Shown here: positions 1 to 9,898 of the stretch, in pieces
Position numbering within the stretch: position 1 is the stretch's first letter
Layout of the letters: the number at the start of each line of letters is the position of its first letter
Position numbers and translations under genes: made by a program
Assembly (NCBI RefSeq): GCF_016780825.1
Contig: NZ_JADHLF010000007.1
Strand: one strand, 5' to 3'
Length of the DNA stretch: 64,000 nucleotides
DNA from: Planktomarina sp.
GTDB lineage: Bacteria; Pseudomonadota; Alphaproteobacteria; Rhodobacterales; Rhodobacteraceae
Notes under the pieces: model-generated
What the model saw: only the letters and a program-made list of their open reading frames with translations
What the model was told of the DNA's origin: nothing
Databases searched by the model: none

Positions 1-56
1 AGCGGGTTCACCGAAGGGGGAAGGATGTGATAATCGTGGTTCTTTTCATGTGCCAT
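1..56 (-). CDS. coxC: Cytochrome c oxidase subunit III, 5' end only (runs off window)
   Basis: Manual translation from the ATG at 56 gives MAHEKNHDYHILPPSVNP, a typical COX3 N-terminus. It lies directly downstream of ctaG. Confidence 0.85.
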   Translation of the reverse strand, partial: MAHEKNHDYHILPPSVNP

Positions 57-74
57 AGTTGGGCCTCGTCGAAC

Positions 75-644
75 TTAGTTTCGTTTTATGGGTGTATCGA
101 TCTGCAACGCAGTCTGCGCCTCGGGCAAATCAATTTCGTGGAACGTATAGGATAAAGTAATCGTATGGATATACTTACCTTCTGTGTCATCCACAATTTC
201 AGGATCAACATAGAAAGTCACGGGCATCTGGACCCGCTCACCAGGCATCAACAGCTGCTCTTCGAAGCAAAAGCAATCGATCTTGGTAAAAAAGCCTCCC
301 GCTTGGTAGGGGGTGACATTATAGCTGGCCGATCCGGCAATGGGCCGGTCGGTGGGATTATAGGCCTCATAGAAGGCCAAGCCGGTTTCGCCGATCTTCA
401 ACTCCATGGTGCGTTCAACCGGTTTGAAACGCCATTTCATGTCTTTTTCGACAGAGGCATCGAAGCGAATCTTGATGGTTTGATCCAAGACTGTCTCGCT
501 GCCCAGATCGGCCGTGCCGGTCACGCCTCCAAAGCCTGTGACACGGCAAAACCAGTCGTAAAACGGCACACTGGCCCAAGCCAGGCTTCCCATCACGACC
601 ACAACAGCCAAAGTTTGGCTCAAAGTCTTGATTTTCGGCGTCAC
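75..644 (-). CDS. ctaG: Cytochrome c oxidase copper chaperone CtaG/Cox11
   Basis: VPFYDWFCRVTGFGG and the KIDCFCF copper-binding motif; cox operon context. Confidence 0.95.
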   Translation of the reverse strand: MTPKIKTLSQTLAVVVVMGSLAWASVPFYDWFCRVTGFGGVTGTADLGSETVLDQTIKIRFDASVEKDMKWRFKPVERTMELKIGETGLAFYEAYNPTDRPIAGSASYNVTPYQAGGFFTKIDCFCFEEQLLMPGERVQMPVTFYVDPEIVDDTEGKYIHTITLSYTFHEIDLPEAQTALQIDTPIKRN

Positions 645-829
645 TGACTGGCCTCCTTGGTCACCGATGAGCGCGGAGCGTGGTCATATCCCTCGACCGG
701 GCCTGTATTGGTGATTTTCACCAAGCTCAGCACCGTGACCAAGCCGATAAACAGCACCAAACATATTGCCACACCAAGGTTTTGACTGCGTCGGCGCCTG
801 TGCATATCTGTTTCGACACGAAAACTCAT
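641..829 (-). CDS. Small single-TM protein in the cox operon (CoxF-like)
   Basis: 62 aa with a basic stretch (HRRRRSQN) then one hydrophobic helix. It overlaps both neighbours by 4 nt. Confidence 0.75.
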   Translation of the reverse strand: MSFRVETDMHRRRRSQNLGVAICLVLFIGLVTVLSLVKITNTGPVEGYDHAPRSSVTKEASQ

Positions 830-1761
830 GACCAGCCTCCCAATCCATAGGGCGCCAACAGCGCCTCCACCAAAATCGCAAGAAAATGCACGAAGAGATA
901 GAGCAGCGAGAACTTAAAGAAGCTGCGCTCGACCTTGAAATTATCCGCCTCAGAGGCCTGTTCATCGCGCCGCCAAATGCGCAGAGCGTCCTTGAGGACG
1001 ATCGCGTTGCAAATCAACGCGACGGTCAAATAGATCAGCCCTCCAATCGAGGTGAAGGCCAAGCCAATCGCGAGGGCGGCCTGCAGCACCGCATAGGCGA
1101 GAATGTGACGCCGGGTCGCCGGACGCCCATGGGTGACGGTGAGCATCGGCACATCGGCATCATCATAATCCGAGCGCATGAAAAGTGCGAGAGCCCAGAA
1201 ATGCGGTGGGGTCCACATGAAGATCAGCGCAAACATTAAAACCGCCTCGATCGAGACAGAACCCGTGGCGGCAACCCAGCCGATGAGCGGCGGGAAGGCT
1301 CCGGCTGCGCCCCCAATCACAATGTTTTGCGGCGTGGCGCGCTTGAGCCATATGGTGTAAATCACCGCATAAAAGAAGATGGTAAAGGCCAGCCATGCGG
1401 CCGCGTGCCAATTGGCCGCAAGCCCCAGCATGAGAACCGAGAGACCGGACAAAGCCACTCCCAGCCCCAATGCCGCATCGGGAGAGGTCCGCCCGGATGG
1501 AATGGGGCGGGATTTTGTGCGGCGCATGATCGCATCAATATCCGCATCCCACCACATGTTCAAAGAGCCGGACGCTCCGCCGCCGATGGCGATGAACAAA
1601 ATCGCACAAAAGGCCTCAACCGGGTGCAAACGCACAGGCGCCGCCATCAATCCAACGAAGGCTGTGAAGACCACCAACGACATCACACGCGGCTTGAGTA
1701 AGGCGACATAGTCGCCAAACACCGGGTCGTACTCTGCGTTATGATTTGCCACCTTCGCCAT
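826..1761 (-). CDS. ctaB: Heme O synthase (protoheme IX farnesyltransferase)
   Basis: LLKPRVMSLV, NMWWDADIDAIMRRT.SRPIPSG and WTPPHFWAL motifs of the UbiA/CyoE family. Confidence 0.96.
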   Translation of the reverse strand: MAKVANHNAEYDPVFGDYVALLKPRVMSLVVFTAFVGLMAAPVRLHPVEAFCAILFIAIGGGASGSLNMWWDADIDAIMRRTKSRPIPSGRTSPDAALGLGVALSGLSVLMLGLAANWHAAAWLAFTIFFYAVIYTIWLKRATPQNIVIGGAAGAFPPLIGWVAATGSVSIEAVLMFALIFMWTPPHFWALALFMRSDYDDADVPMLTVTHGRPATRRHILAYAVLQAALAIGLAFTSIGGLIYLTVALICNAIVLKDALRIWRRDEQASEADNFKVERSFFKFSLLYLFVHFLAILVEALLAPYGLGGWS

Positions 1762-1783
1762 CTACCTTTTGCTCAACGCGCGT

Positions 1784-2632
1784 TTAGTTTGATGCCACTT
1801 GAACAGAGGCTGGCACGCCAGCGAGCTCCTCAATCGTGCTGGAAAGCCAGGCATCATATTGCTCTTGGCTGACCACTTTTACAGTGATCGGCATATAGGC
1901 ATGAGCCTGCCCGCAGAGCTCAGAGCACTGACCGAAGTAGACACCCTCTTTTTCTGCCGCAAACCAGAGCTCCGCCAGACGTCCCGGAACCGCATCTTGT
2001 TTCACGCCAAAGGCGGGAATGGTCCAGGAATGAATCACATCGGCGCCGGTCAGCTGCATGACAACCGTCGCACCCACAGGCACAACAACCGCTGTATCGG
2101 TGGCCAGCAGATATTCATCGGGCGCATAGCCATAATCGGCCAATTCGTCTTTTTGCAGCATCACGCTGTCAAAACCGAAGCCATGATCGACATATTCATA
2201 ACCCCAATACCACTGGTATCCGGTGACTTTGATGGTGATATCTGCTTCTGGGATTTCCTGCTGCTTAAACAAAATTGGCAGCGAGAAGGCACCGATCACC
2301 ACCAAAATAGCCACAGGCACGACAGTCCAAGCCACTTCGAGAACCGAATGATGGGTGAAAGTGCCGGGCGTGTCATTGCGGCTGCGGTGGAACTTGAACG
2401 CAGCATAGGCCAGCAAACAGGTCACAAAGACAGAAATCACTGTGATGATGACCAACAAGAAATTGTCGAGCCAGACAAGATCGCGCATCAATTCCGTAGC
2501 GGGGAATTGAAAGCCCATGCCCTTGGGCTCCGGCTTGCCGATGGTTTCCAATCCTTGGAAATTTTCTTGTGCTTGAGCAACGCCAGCCAAAGTGACCAGT
2601 GCCGCGCTTAACAGAGACGTAAGAATTCGCAT
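1784..2632 (-). CDS. coxB: Cytochrome c oxidase subunit II
   Basis: Signal peptide, two TM helices, GYQWYWGYEY, and CuA ligands DVIHSW...CSELCGQAHAYM. Confidence 0.97.
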   Translation of the reverse strand: MRILTSLLSAALVTLAGVAQAQENFQGLETIGKPEPKGMGFQFPATELMRDLVWLDNFLLVIITVISVFVTCLLAYAAFKFHRSRNDTPGTFTHHSVLEVAWTVVPVAILVVIGAFSLPILFKQQEIPEADITIKVTGYQWYWGYEYVDHGFGFDSVMLQKDELADYGYAPDEYLLATDTAVVVPVGATVVMQLTGADVIHSWTIPAFGVKQDAVPGRLAELWFAAEKEGVYFGQCSELCGQAHAYMPITVKVVSQEQYDAWLSSTIEELAGVPASVQVASN

Positions 2633-2742
2633 GTTCTACCCTATGTCTTTCGCGCCTTCGCGCTTTTTCCGCCACACGAATGTGTGACGCGTGATTGTAA
2701 TTTATGCAGCATCAATCATATCATTGCCTCACACGCAATTGG

Positions 2743-2756
2743 TTGATCCGCGTCAA
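2743..2756. promoter_or_regulatory. FNR/FnrL-type box between coxB and tldD
   Basis: TTGAT-CCGC-GTCAA, one mismatch to TTGAT-N4-ATCAA, about 110 bp upstream of coxB. Confidence 0.7.
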
Positions 2757-2821
2757 AGGGACGCCAGTGGCAAAATTCACCCGCGAAAACCACTTTTCGC
2801 CAAAATATCGCAAGGAATTTC

Positions 2822-4243
2822 ATGACTGATTCTCTATTTCGCCCGTTTGAGACCCATCTCGATCGGGAGTCGGCCCGTGAGATTCTTAAATCAACCTTGA
2901 TCGGAGCGGAAGATGGGGAGCTGTTTTTAGAGCGCTCGAGGTCGGAAGTTCTGTCCTTCGACGACGGGCGGCTGCGCCGGTCGAGCTTTGAGGCCTCCGA
3001 GGGCTTCGGTCTGCGCGCGGTTCAAGGCGAGCGGGTTGGCTATGCGCATGCAACCGAAATTTCCGAGCAGGCCATGCGCCGCAGCGCAGGCACGGTGCGC
3101 CTAGCCGTTGAGGCTGGTGGCGGGCCATTATGCGCCGCACCGCCGGCCACCAATCGCCGTCTTTACAGCGATCACAACCCCCTCAACGATTCGAGCTTCC
3201 CCGCCAAGATCGATATTCTGCGCGAGATTGATGCCTACGCCCGCGGTTTGGATCGCCGGGTGGTGCAAGTCTCAGCAACCATCGCCGCCTCCCATCAAGA
3301 GGTGGTCATCTTGCGCGCAGAGGGGCCCGATGTTTCCGACAGTCGCCCGATGGTGCGCATGAATGTCTCTGTGATCGTCGAGCAAGACGGGCAGCGCCAA
3401 ACCGGCTACGTCGGGGGCGGCGGGCGCTATGGGCTGGATGGCATGCTTGCGCCGAGCCATTGGCAACCTTTGGTGCGTGAAGCTCTGCGCATCGCTGTGG
3501 TCAACCTCGCCGCAATTCCTGCCCCCGCAGGTGTGATGGATGTGGCGCTGGGCGCCGGATGGCCCGGTATCTTATTGCATGAGGCGGTTGGCCATGGGCT
3601 GGAAGGCGATTTCAATCGCAAAGGCACCTCTGCCTTCGCAGGTCTCATGGGCCAAAGGATCGCAGCCCCGGGCGTCACCGTCCTGGATGATGGCACGATA
3701 CCAGACCGCCGAGGATCTATCAGCATTGATGATGAGGGCACCCCCAGCGGAAAAAATACCTTGATCGAAGACGGTATATTGGTCGGCTATATGCAGGACC
3801 GACAAAATGCGCGGCTCAGCGGCAATAGCCCAACAGGCAACGGCCGCCGCCAAAGCTTTGCCCATGCGCCCATGCCACGCATGACCAACACTTATATGTT
3901 GGGCGGGGATGTGGATCCCAAGGATATGCTTCACGATATGAAAGACGGTATTTACGCTGTGGGTTTCGGCGGTGGCCAGGTCGATATCACCAATGGGAAA
4001 TTCGTCTTTTCCTGCACCGAGGCCTATCTGGTCAAAAACGGCAAGATCGGCGCCCCAGTCAAAGGCGCTACGCTCATTGGCGATGGAGCCACAGCGCTGC
4101 AGCAGATTCGCGCCATCGGCAATGACATGCGGCTCGACGACGGCATGGGCAATTGCGGCAAGCAAGGCCAGTGGGTGCCCGTTGGCGTGGGGCAGCCTTC
4201 CTTACTGATCGGCGGATTGACCGTGGGGGGATCGGCAACTTAA
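2822..4243 (+). CDS. tldD: Metalloprotease TldD
   Basis: PGILLHEAVGHGLEGDFNRKG (HExxxH), PMPRMTNTYM and CGKQGQWVPVGVGQP. Confidence 0.97.
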   Translation: MTDSLFRPFETHLDRESAREILKSTLIGAEDGELFLERSRSEVLSFDDGRLRRSSFEASEGFGLRAVQGERVGYAHATEISEQAMRRSAGTVRLAVEAGGGPLCAAPPATNRRLYSDHNPLNDSSFPAKIDILREIDAYARGLDRRVVQVSATIAASHQEVVILRAEGPDVSDSRPMVRMNVSVIVEQDGQRQTGYVGGGGRYGLDGMLAPSHWQPLVREALRIAVVNLAAIPAPAGVMDVALGAGWPGILLHEAVGHGLEGDFNRKGTSAFAGLMGQRIAAPGVTVLDDGTIPDRRGSISIDDEGTPSGKNTLIEDGILVGYMQDRQNARLSGNSPTGNGRRQSFAHAPMPRMTNTYMLGGDVDPKDMLHDMKDGIYAVGFGGGQVDITNGKFVFSCTEAYLVKNGKIGAPVKGATLIGDGATALQQIRAIGNDMRLDDGMGNCGKQGQWVPVGVGQPSLLIGGLTVGGSAT

Positions 4244-4271
4244 AGCGCATCGCTGCCGCGCCGATCCTACT

Positions 4272-4290
4272 TTCACTGAACGTTAACCAT
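4272..4290 (+). promoter_or_regulatory. CtrA-like binding site upstream of dprA
   Basis: TTCA-N7-TTAACCAT, one mismatch to TTAA-N7-TTAA, with an intact TTAACCAT half-site. Confidence 0.65.
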
Positions 4291-4332
4291 GCCCTGCCTA
4301 GCTTTCGGCCGTGACGAAAGCTAGGCAAGGCA
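4290..4332. repeat. Strong inverted repeat in the tldD-dprA spacer
   Basis: TGCCTAGCTTTCG (4295-4307) pairs with CGAAAGCTAGGCA (4315-4327) around a 7-nt loop. It extends 4 bp further after one mismatch and has no U-tract. Confidence 0.85.
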
Positions 4333-4341
4333 AGACAACAT

Positions 4342-5538
4342 ATGACCCAACCTCCCAGTGGCGCCCAAACCTCACCCCAGCCGCGCATAAGCGAAGACGA
4401 TCGCATCGCGCGGCTGCAATTGCTCCGCTCACCGCGCGTCGGACCGGCCACCTACAGGCGGCTTTTGGCAGAACATGGCACGGCCGCCGAAGCCCTGAGG
4501 GCCCTGCCCGATTTGGCCCGCAGCAAGGGGGTCAAATCTTACCAGCTGTGCAGTGAGCATATGGCGCAGCGCGAATATTTCACCGGCAAAAAAATTGGCG
4601 CAGATCTCATTTTTGACCATGAAGCCAGCTACCCGCGCCTGCTGGCTGAAATCCCAGACGCTCCGCCCTTCCTTTGGGTTTTGGGCCATCAAGCACAGCT
4701 CACGCGTCCCTGCGTGGCAGTCGTGGGCGCGCGCAATGCCTCCTCCTTGGGGACGCGCATGGCCCATCGTCTGGCCGCAGGTCTTGCAGAGGCGGGTTTG
4801 ATCGTTGTGTCCGGCCTGGCCCGTGGCATAGATGCCGCCGCCCATGCCGCCAGCCTGGATCATGGCACCATTGGCGTGCACGCCGGCGGCATCGACGTGA
4901 TCTACCCGCCCGAAAATACCGAGCTTGCCAGATCCATGCTGCAAAAAGGCGCGCGCATTTCGGAACAGCCCATTGGATTTCACCCCACCGCACGATTTTT
5001 TCCCAAGCGCAACCGCCTCATCTCCGGCCTCTGCCAGGCGGTTGTGATTGTGGAGGCGGCGGCGAAATCCGGCACATTTATCACCGCAAGGCAAGCGCTC
5101 GATCAAGGGCGCGAGGTCCTGGCTGTGCCTGGCCATCCCATGGATGCGCGCGCCGCCGGGTGCAATGTGCTGATCCGCGATGGCGCCTGTTTGGTGCGCA
5201 GCGTCGATGATATATTGCAGGCAATCTATCCCGCAACTCACCAACCGCCGCCGCAACCGCCGATGACCGGCCAGAGTCGCCCCCAAATCATCCAGACGAC
5301 CCTGCCCCTGCCTCCCAGCAAAACACAGGCCTATCAAACCCGGCGCAAAGATTTGGTTCAGACTTTGCACACCGAAATTTTAGACCGTCTCAGCGCCGCG
5401 CCCCTGGCGGAGGATCAGTTGATCCGCGATCTCAAAAAACCGGCCGCCCATGTCGCACCGGCCATCACCGAACTGGAGCTTTCTGGCCGTCTGGAACGTC
5501 ATCCTGGCGGACTTTTGACGCGCATCCTCAACCACTAA
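4342..5538 (+). CDS. dprA: DNA processing protein DprA
   Basis: AVVGARNAS, VVSGLARGIDAAAH, FPKRNRLISG, VLAVPGHP, and a C-terminal winged-helix-like segment. Confidence 0.96.
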   Translation: MTQPPSGAQTSPQPRISEDDRIARLQLLRSPRVGPATYRRLLAEHGTAAEALRALPDLARSKGVKSYQLCSEHMAQREYFTGKKIGADLIFDHEASYPRLLAEIPDAPPFLWVLGHQAQLTRPCVAVVGARNASSLGTRMAHRLAAGLAEAGLIVVSGLARGIDAAAHAASLDHGTIGVHAGGIDVIYPPENTELARSMLQKGARISEQPIGFHPTARFFPKRNRLISGLCQAVVIVEAAAKSGTFITARQALDQGREVLAVPGHPMDARAAGCNVLIRDGACLVRSVDDILQAIYPATHQPPPQPPMTGQSRPQIIQTTLPLPPSKTQAYQTRRKDLVQTLHTEILDRLSAAPLAEDQLIRDLKKPAAHVAPAITELELSGRLERHPGGLLTRILNH

Positions 5539-5627
5539 ATTTGTTTTTTTGCGCAACCTCCATTGACAAATTGCTCTTGCACCGCCTTTTTGGCGCCAGA
5601 AATTTCCGTAACTCGCAGGGTATCCCC

Positions 5628-8207
5628 ATGGCTGTTGTTGTTGTAGAATCTCCTGCTAAGGCAAAGACAATAAATAAATATCTTGGGCCGGGCTTCACAG
5701 TTCTTGCCTCCTACGGTCACGTGCGCGATTTGCCGCCCAAAGATGGATCGGTGGATCCCGAGAATGAATTTGAGATGCTTTGGGAGGTTGGCGCGGCCAG
5801 CAAGAAACATGTCAAAGCCATCGCCGATGCCCTGAAAGAAGACAATGAGCTGATCCTTGCAACCGACCCTGACCGCGAAGGCGAGGCGATCAGCTGGCAC
5901 TTGCAAGAGACGCTCACCAAGCGCCGCGCGATCAAAAAAGATACTCCGGTTTCTCGCGTGGTCTTCAACGCCATCACCAAGACCGCCGTCACCGAGGCCA
6001 TGAAAAATCCCCGTCAGGTGGATATGGAATTGGTGGAGGCCTATTTGGCCCGCCGCGCTTTGGATTATCTTGTGGGTTTCAAACTCTCCCCCGTGCTCTG
6101 GCGGCGCTTGCCGGGGGCGAAATCCGCTGGCCGGGTGCAATCGGTATGCCTGCGGTTGATCGTCGACCGTGAAATGGTGATTGAGGCATTTCATGCGCGT
6201 GAATATTGGACCGTCAGTGCCAGTCTCAGCACGCCGCGCGGCCAGCAGTTTGACGCGCGGCTGACCAGCCTGGGCGGCAAGCGCCTCGATAAGTTCGATC
6301 TGGCGAATGAAACCGAAGCGGAATTGGCGGTTCAGGCGGTGCGGAGCCGGGATTTGATCGCCACCTCCGTGGAAGCAAAACCCGCCAATCGCAACCCCTC
6401 CGCCCCGTTCATGACCTCGACCCTCCAGCAAGAGGCAAGCCGCAAATTCGGCATGGGTGCCCGGCAAACCATGTCGGCCGCACAGCGCCTTTATGAGGCT
6501 GGTCTGATCACCTACATGCGGACCGATGGGATCGATATGGCGCCGGAAGCGGTGCAAGCCGCCCGCGCCGTGATCCGCGCGCGCTATGGGGCGCAATATG
6601 TGCCCGAGCAGCCACGTCTCTATAAAAATAAAGCAAAAAACGCGCAAGAGGCTCATGAATGCATTCGGCCCACCGAAATGGATCAAGCCCCGGACACCCT
6701 GTCCATATCCGACTCGGATCAAAAGAAACTCTATGATCTGATTTGGAAACGGACAGTCGCCAGCCAAATGGCCGCGGCGCGTTTGGAGCGCACCACGGTT
6801 GACATTGCCTCAAGCGATGGTCAGGTCGGGTTGCGCGCCACCGGGCAAGTGATGCTTTTTGATGGCTTTATGCGGGTCTATGAGGAAGGGCATGACGACA
6901 CCGTTCTTGATGAAGATGACAAGCGGTTGCCGCAAATCAGCGCCGAAGACCCCTTGGCCAAAAAATCCGTCACCCCTGAGCAGCATTATACCCAGCCGCC
7001 ACCGCGCTACACCGAGGCCAGTTTGGTCAAACGTATGGAAGAGCTCGGCATTGGCCGCCCCTCCACCTATGCCTCGGTTGTGACCACGATCCAGGACCGC
7101 GACTATGTGCGCAAAGAGAAAAATCGTCTGATTCCCGAGGATAAGGGGCGTTTGGTCACTGTTTTCCTCAGCAGTTTCTTCCGCCAATACGTCGGCTATG
7201 AATTCACGGCCAATTTGGAAAATGAATTGGACGACGTTTCCGCGGGTGATCGCGAATATCGCACAGTTTTGAGCCGCTTCTGGAAGGACTTTAAGGTCGC
7301 GATTGACGAGGCGATGGATCAATCCATCACTGAAGTTCTTGAAAAAATTAACGATGTGCTTGAGCCGCATCTCTTTCCCGTTGAAGAGCCTGGGGTTGAT
7401 CCACGCGTCTGCAAAAGCTGTGGCAATGGGCGATTGTCCATGCGCACCGCCCGATCGGGCGGCGCATTTATCGGCTGCTCGAACTACCCCGATTGCCGCT
7501 TTACCCGCCCATTTGGACCACCGGGCACCGAAAGCAGCGCCATAGGTCCCGATGGCAAGCTCTTGGGGCATGATGGCGCAGATCCCATCAGCCTGCGCGA
7601 TGGGCGCTACGGGCCCTATGTGCAGCGCGGCACCGTCACCGAGGAAAATCCCAAACCACCGCGGATGTCCATTCCGAAGAGCTGGTCCTTGGATGATTTA
7701 ACCTTGGAAAAGGCCGTGCAACTTTTATCCCTGCCCCGCGAAATCGGCCCCCATCCCGAAGACGGGGTGATGATCGAATCTTCCATTGGACGCTTCGGCC
7801 CCTATGTGAAACATGGCACGCTCTACGCCAATATCGGCGATATTGACGAAGTGTGGAGCATCGGGATGAACCGCGCTGTGGAAGAATTGGCGAAAAAGGC
7901 CGCACGCAGCGGACGAGGTGCGGCGGCCAAGCCCTTGTATGAGTTGGGCGAGCATCCAAGTGAGGGCGGCCCGATCAATGTCATGGATGGGCGCTATGGT
8001 CCTTATGTGAAATGGGGCAAAGTGAATGCCACGATTCCAAAAGAGATTGAACCGGCCCAGGTCACCGTTGCAATGGCGGTGGATCTGATTGCGCAAAAAG
8101 CGCCTGCGAAAAAGAAGAAAGCGGCGGCCAGCAAAAAAACCGCCACCAAAAAAACAACAGCCAAAAAGCCAGCCGCGGCGAAAAAAACACCCTCGAAAAA
8201 GGGTTAG
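5628..8207 (+). CDS. topA: DNA topoisomerase I
   Basis: VVVESPAKAKTI, ATDPDREGEAI, SAGRVQS, ITYMRTD, one Zn ribbon, C-terminal repeats and a Lys-rich tail. Start moved to the ATG at 5628. Confidence 0.98.
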   Translation: MAVVVVESPAKAKTINKYLGPGFTVLASYGHVRDLPPKDGSVDPENEFEMLWEVGAASKKHVKAIADALKEDNELILATDPDREGEAISWHLQETLTKRRAIKKDTPVSRVVFNAITKTAVTEAMKNPRQVDMELVEAYLARRALDYLVGFKLSPVLWRRLPGAKSAGRVQSVCLRLIVDREMVIEAFHAREYWTVSASLSTPRGQQFDARLTSLGGKRLDKFDLANETEAELAVQAVRSRDLIATSVEAKPANRNPSAPFMTSTLQQEASRKFGMGARQTMSAAQRLYEAGLITYMRTDGIDMAPEAVQAARAVIRARYGAQYVPEQPRLYKNKAKNAQEAHECIRPTEMDQAPDTLSISDSDQKKLYDLIWKRTVASQMAAARLERTTVDIASSDGQVGLRATGQVMLFDGFMRVYEEGHDDTVLDEDDKRLPQISAEDPLAKKSVTPEQHYTQPPPRYTEASLVKRMEELGIGRPSTYASVVTTIQDRDYVRKEKNRLIPEDKGRLVTVFLSSFFRQYVGYEFTANLENELDDVSAGDREYRTVLSRFWKDFKVAIDEAMDQSITEVLEKINDVLEPHLFPVEEPGVDPRVCKSCGNGRLSMRTARSGGAFIGCSNYPDCRFTRPFGPPGTESSAIGPDGKLLGHDGADPISLRDGRYGPYVQRGTVTEENPKPPRMSIPKSWSLDDLTLEKAVQLLSLPREIGPHPEDGVMIESSIGRFGPYVKHGTLYANIGDIDEVWSIGMNRAVEELAKKAARSGRGAAAKPLYELGEHPSEGGPINVMDGRYGPYVKWGKVNATIPKEIEPAQVTVAMAVDLIAQKAPAKKKKAAASKKTATKKTTAKKPAAAKKTPSKKG

Positions 8208-8216
8208 GTCCTGGCT

Positions 8217-9056
8217 TTAGCGCTGCGGCGGTGCGCCAAAGGCGCGCAGAACCTCCTGCGCGGCACGTTGGACCGGGTCAAGCGTATCCGATAGGATTTG
8301 CACCCGGTCAAACCGTGACGGATCTGCCTCAACCGCCGCACGCAGGGCCGATCCAAAGGCCATACGCAATTCTGTTCCGATATTGAATTTGCAAATCGCC
8401 GTCTGTGCGGACAAATGCCGGCGCTGCTCGACCGGAACACCAGAGCCGCCATGAATGACCAAAGGCACCGGCGTCAGCGCCTCAATCTGCGCAATGCGCT
8501 CCAAATCCAGACCGCCCTGCTTGTCCTGCTGTAAATGAACATTGCCAACGCTGATGGCAATGGCGTCCGCGCCGCTCTCGCGGGCAAATAGTGCCGCCTC
8601 TTCCGGATCGGTTCCATTCGAGCTTTCCCCGCCAGAATATCCGACAAACCCGATTTCGCCCTCACAGGAAATGCCGGCCGCATGGGCCATCTCGGCAATG
8701 GCTGCGGTTTCATCAATATTTTGACGCAAAGGCTTGCGCGAACCGTCAAACATGACCGAGGTGAAGCCGCTGTCAATCGCAAGTCTACAGTCCTCAAAGG
8801 TATAGCCATGATCCAAATGGGCCACCACAGGCACCGAGGAGGCCTCGGCCAAATGCCGAAACATTTTACCCAGCACCGGCAGCGGCGTATGCGCCCGGCA
8901 CGATGGCCCAGCCTGCAAGATAACCGGGCAATTCTCCGCCTCAGCCGCCGCCACATAGGCACGCATATCTTCCCAGCCAAGGGTCACCAGTCCCCCCACC
9001 GCATAGCCCTGCTTTAAGGCCGGTTGCAGCACCTCGGCGAGAGTGGCAAGGGTCAT
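8217..9056 (-). CDS. Class II aldolase, probable IolJ-type 6-phospho-5-dehydro-2-deoxygluconate aldolase
   Basis: HLDHG, SVMFDGS, GNVH, IHGGSG and KFNIGT class II aldolase motifs. It overlaps iolB by 4 nt. Confidence 0.8.
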   Translation of the reverse strand: MTLATLAEVLQPALKQGYAVGGLVTLGWEDMRAYVAAAEAENCPVILQAGPSCRAHTPLPVLGKMFRHLAEASSVPVVAHLDHGYTFEDCRLAIDSGFTSVMFDGSRKPLRQNIDETAAIAEMAHAAGISCEGEIGFVGYSGGESSNGTDPEEAALFARESGADAIAISVGNVHLQQDKQGGLDLERIAQIEALTPVPLVIHGGSGVPVEQRRHLSAQTAICKFNIGTELRMAFGSALRAAVEADPSRFDRVQILSDTLDPVQRAAQEVLRAFGAPPQR

Positions 9057-9895
9057 TTGAATTTCGCAATCATATCTTTGATGCCCGGAATGGTTTCGAT
9101 TTGATAGGCATGGGTTGGCTGGAAATATTGCACCAGCGAACGCTGGCTCAACCCGCCCAGAATGGTGAAATAATACATCTCATAGCCCGGCAGAACACAG
9201 CAGGGGTGATAGCCATTGTCGAGACAGATGGTTGAGCCATCCACGATATGATAGGCATCCCCCGGCTTATTGTCCTCGCGCTGCAACATTTGCACACCCG
9301 AGCCCCAATTGGGCTTGAAGCGGAAATTATAGGTTTCATCATGGCGTGTCTCTATGGGCAGGCGATCGGTGTCATGCTTATGGCTTGGAAAGCCCGACCA
9401 TCCGCCTGCGCCGACTGTAAACAGCTCACTCACCAACAGGCGGCCAACTTTTCCATGCTGTTTTTGACCAAGTATATGTTTGATTTTACGATGGGTTTTC
9501 GTGTCATCCGAGCCGTATTGCACCAGGTCAATCTCATCGGCCCGCACCGCGAAAGGAACCAAGACCTCGTCGTATTTCGCCCCAGCAACGAAGACCTCGG
9601 CAGTCTCCGAAAGACACACCATCTCCACTTTCGCCCCCGACGGCACATAAACCCCCTCTGGCTCTCCGCCCCAAACATCTTCGACACGCCCGCCCAATCC
9701 GGCGGTTTTGAACCCCTCCACATCAACATCAATCGAGCCCGTGGCCGGAACAATGCAGGTCTCATAGCCCGGCACCTGATAGGTAAAGGCCTGACCCTTG
9801 GTCAGTTTTACAATGTTGAAATAATTCAGCGGCACCGTGGAATCATCCACATCCACAATGGGGGAATTTTTGTTGTCAAAAGGGGCTATGTGCAT
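9053..9895 (-). CDS. iolB: 5-deoxy-glucuronate isomerase
   Basis: GGWSGFPSHKHD, GYHP and GYEMYY motifs of KduI/IolB; iol context. Confidence 0.9.
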   Translation of the reverse strand: MHIAPFDNKNSPIVDVDDSTVPLNYFNIVKLTKGQAFTYQVPGYETCIVPATGSIDVDVEGFKTAGLGGRVEDVWGGEPEGVYVPSGAKVEMVCLSETAEVFVAGAKYDEVLVPFAVRADEIDLVQYGSDDTKTHRKIKHILGQKQHGKVGRLLVSELFTVGAGGWSGFPSHKHDTDRLPIETRHDETYNFRFKPNWGSGVQMLQREDNKPGDAYHIVDGSTICLDNGYHPCCVLPGYEMYYFTILGGLSQRSLVQYFQPTHAYQIETIPGIKDMIAKFK

Positions 9896-9898
9896 GGT

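Noticed and set aside
8095..8207. Lys/Ala-rich low-complexity tail of topA with A-runs
   Set aside because: This is a normal in-frame feature of alphaproteobacterial TopA.
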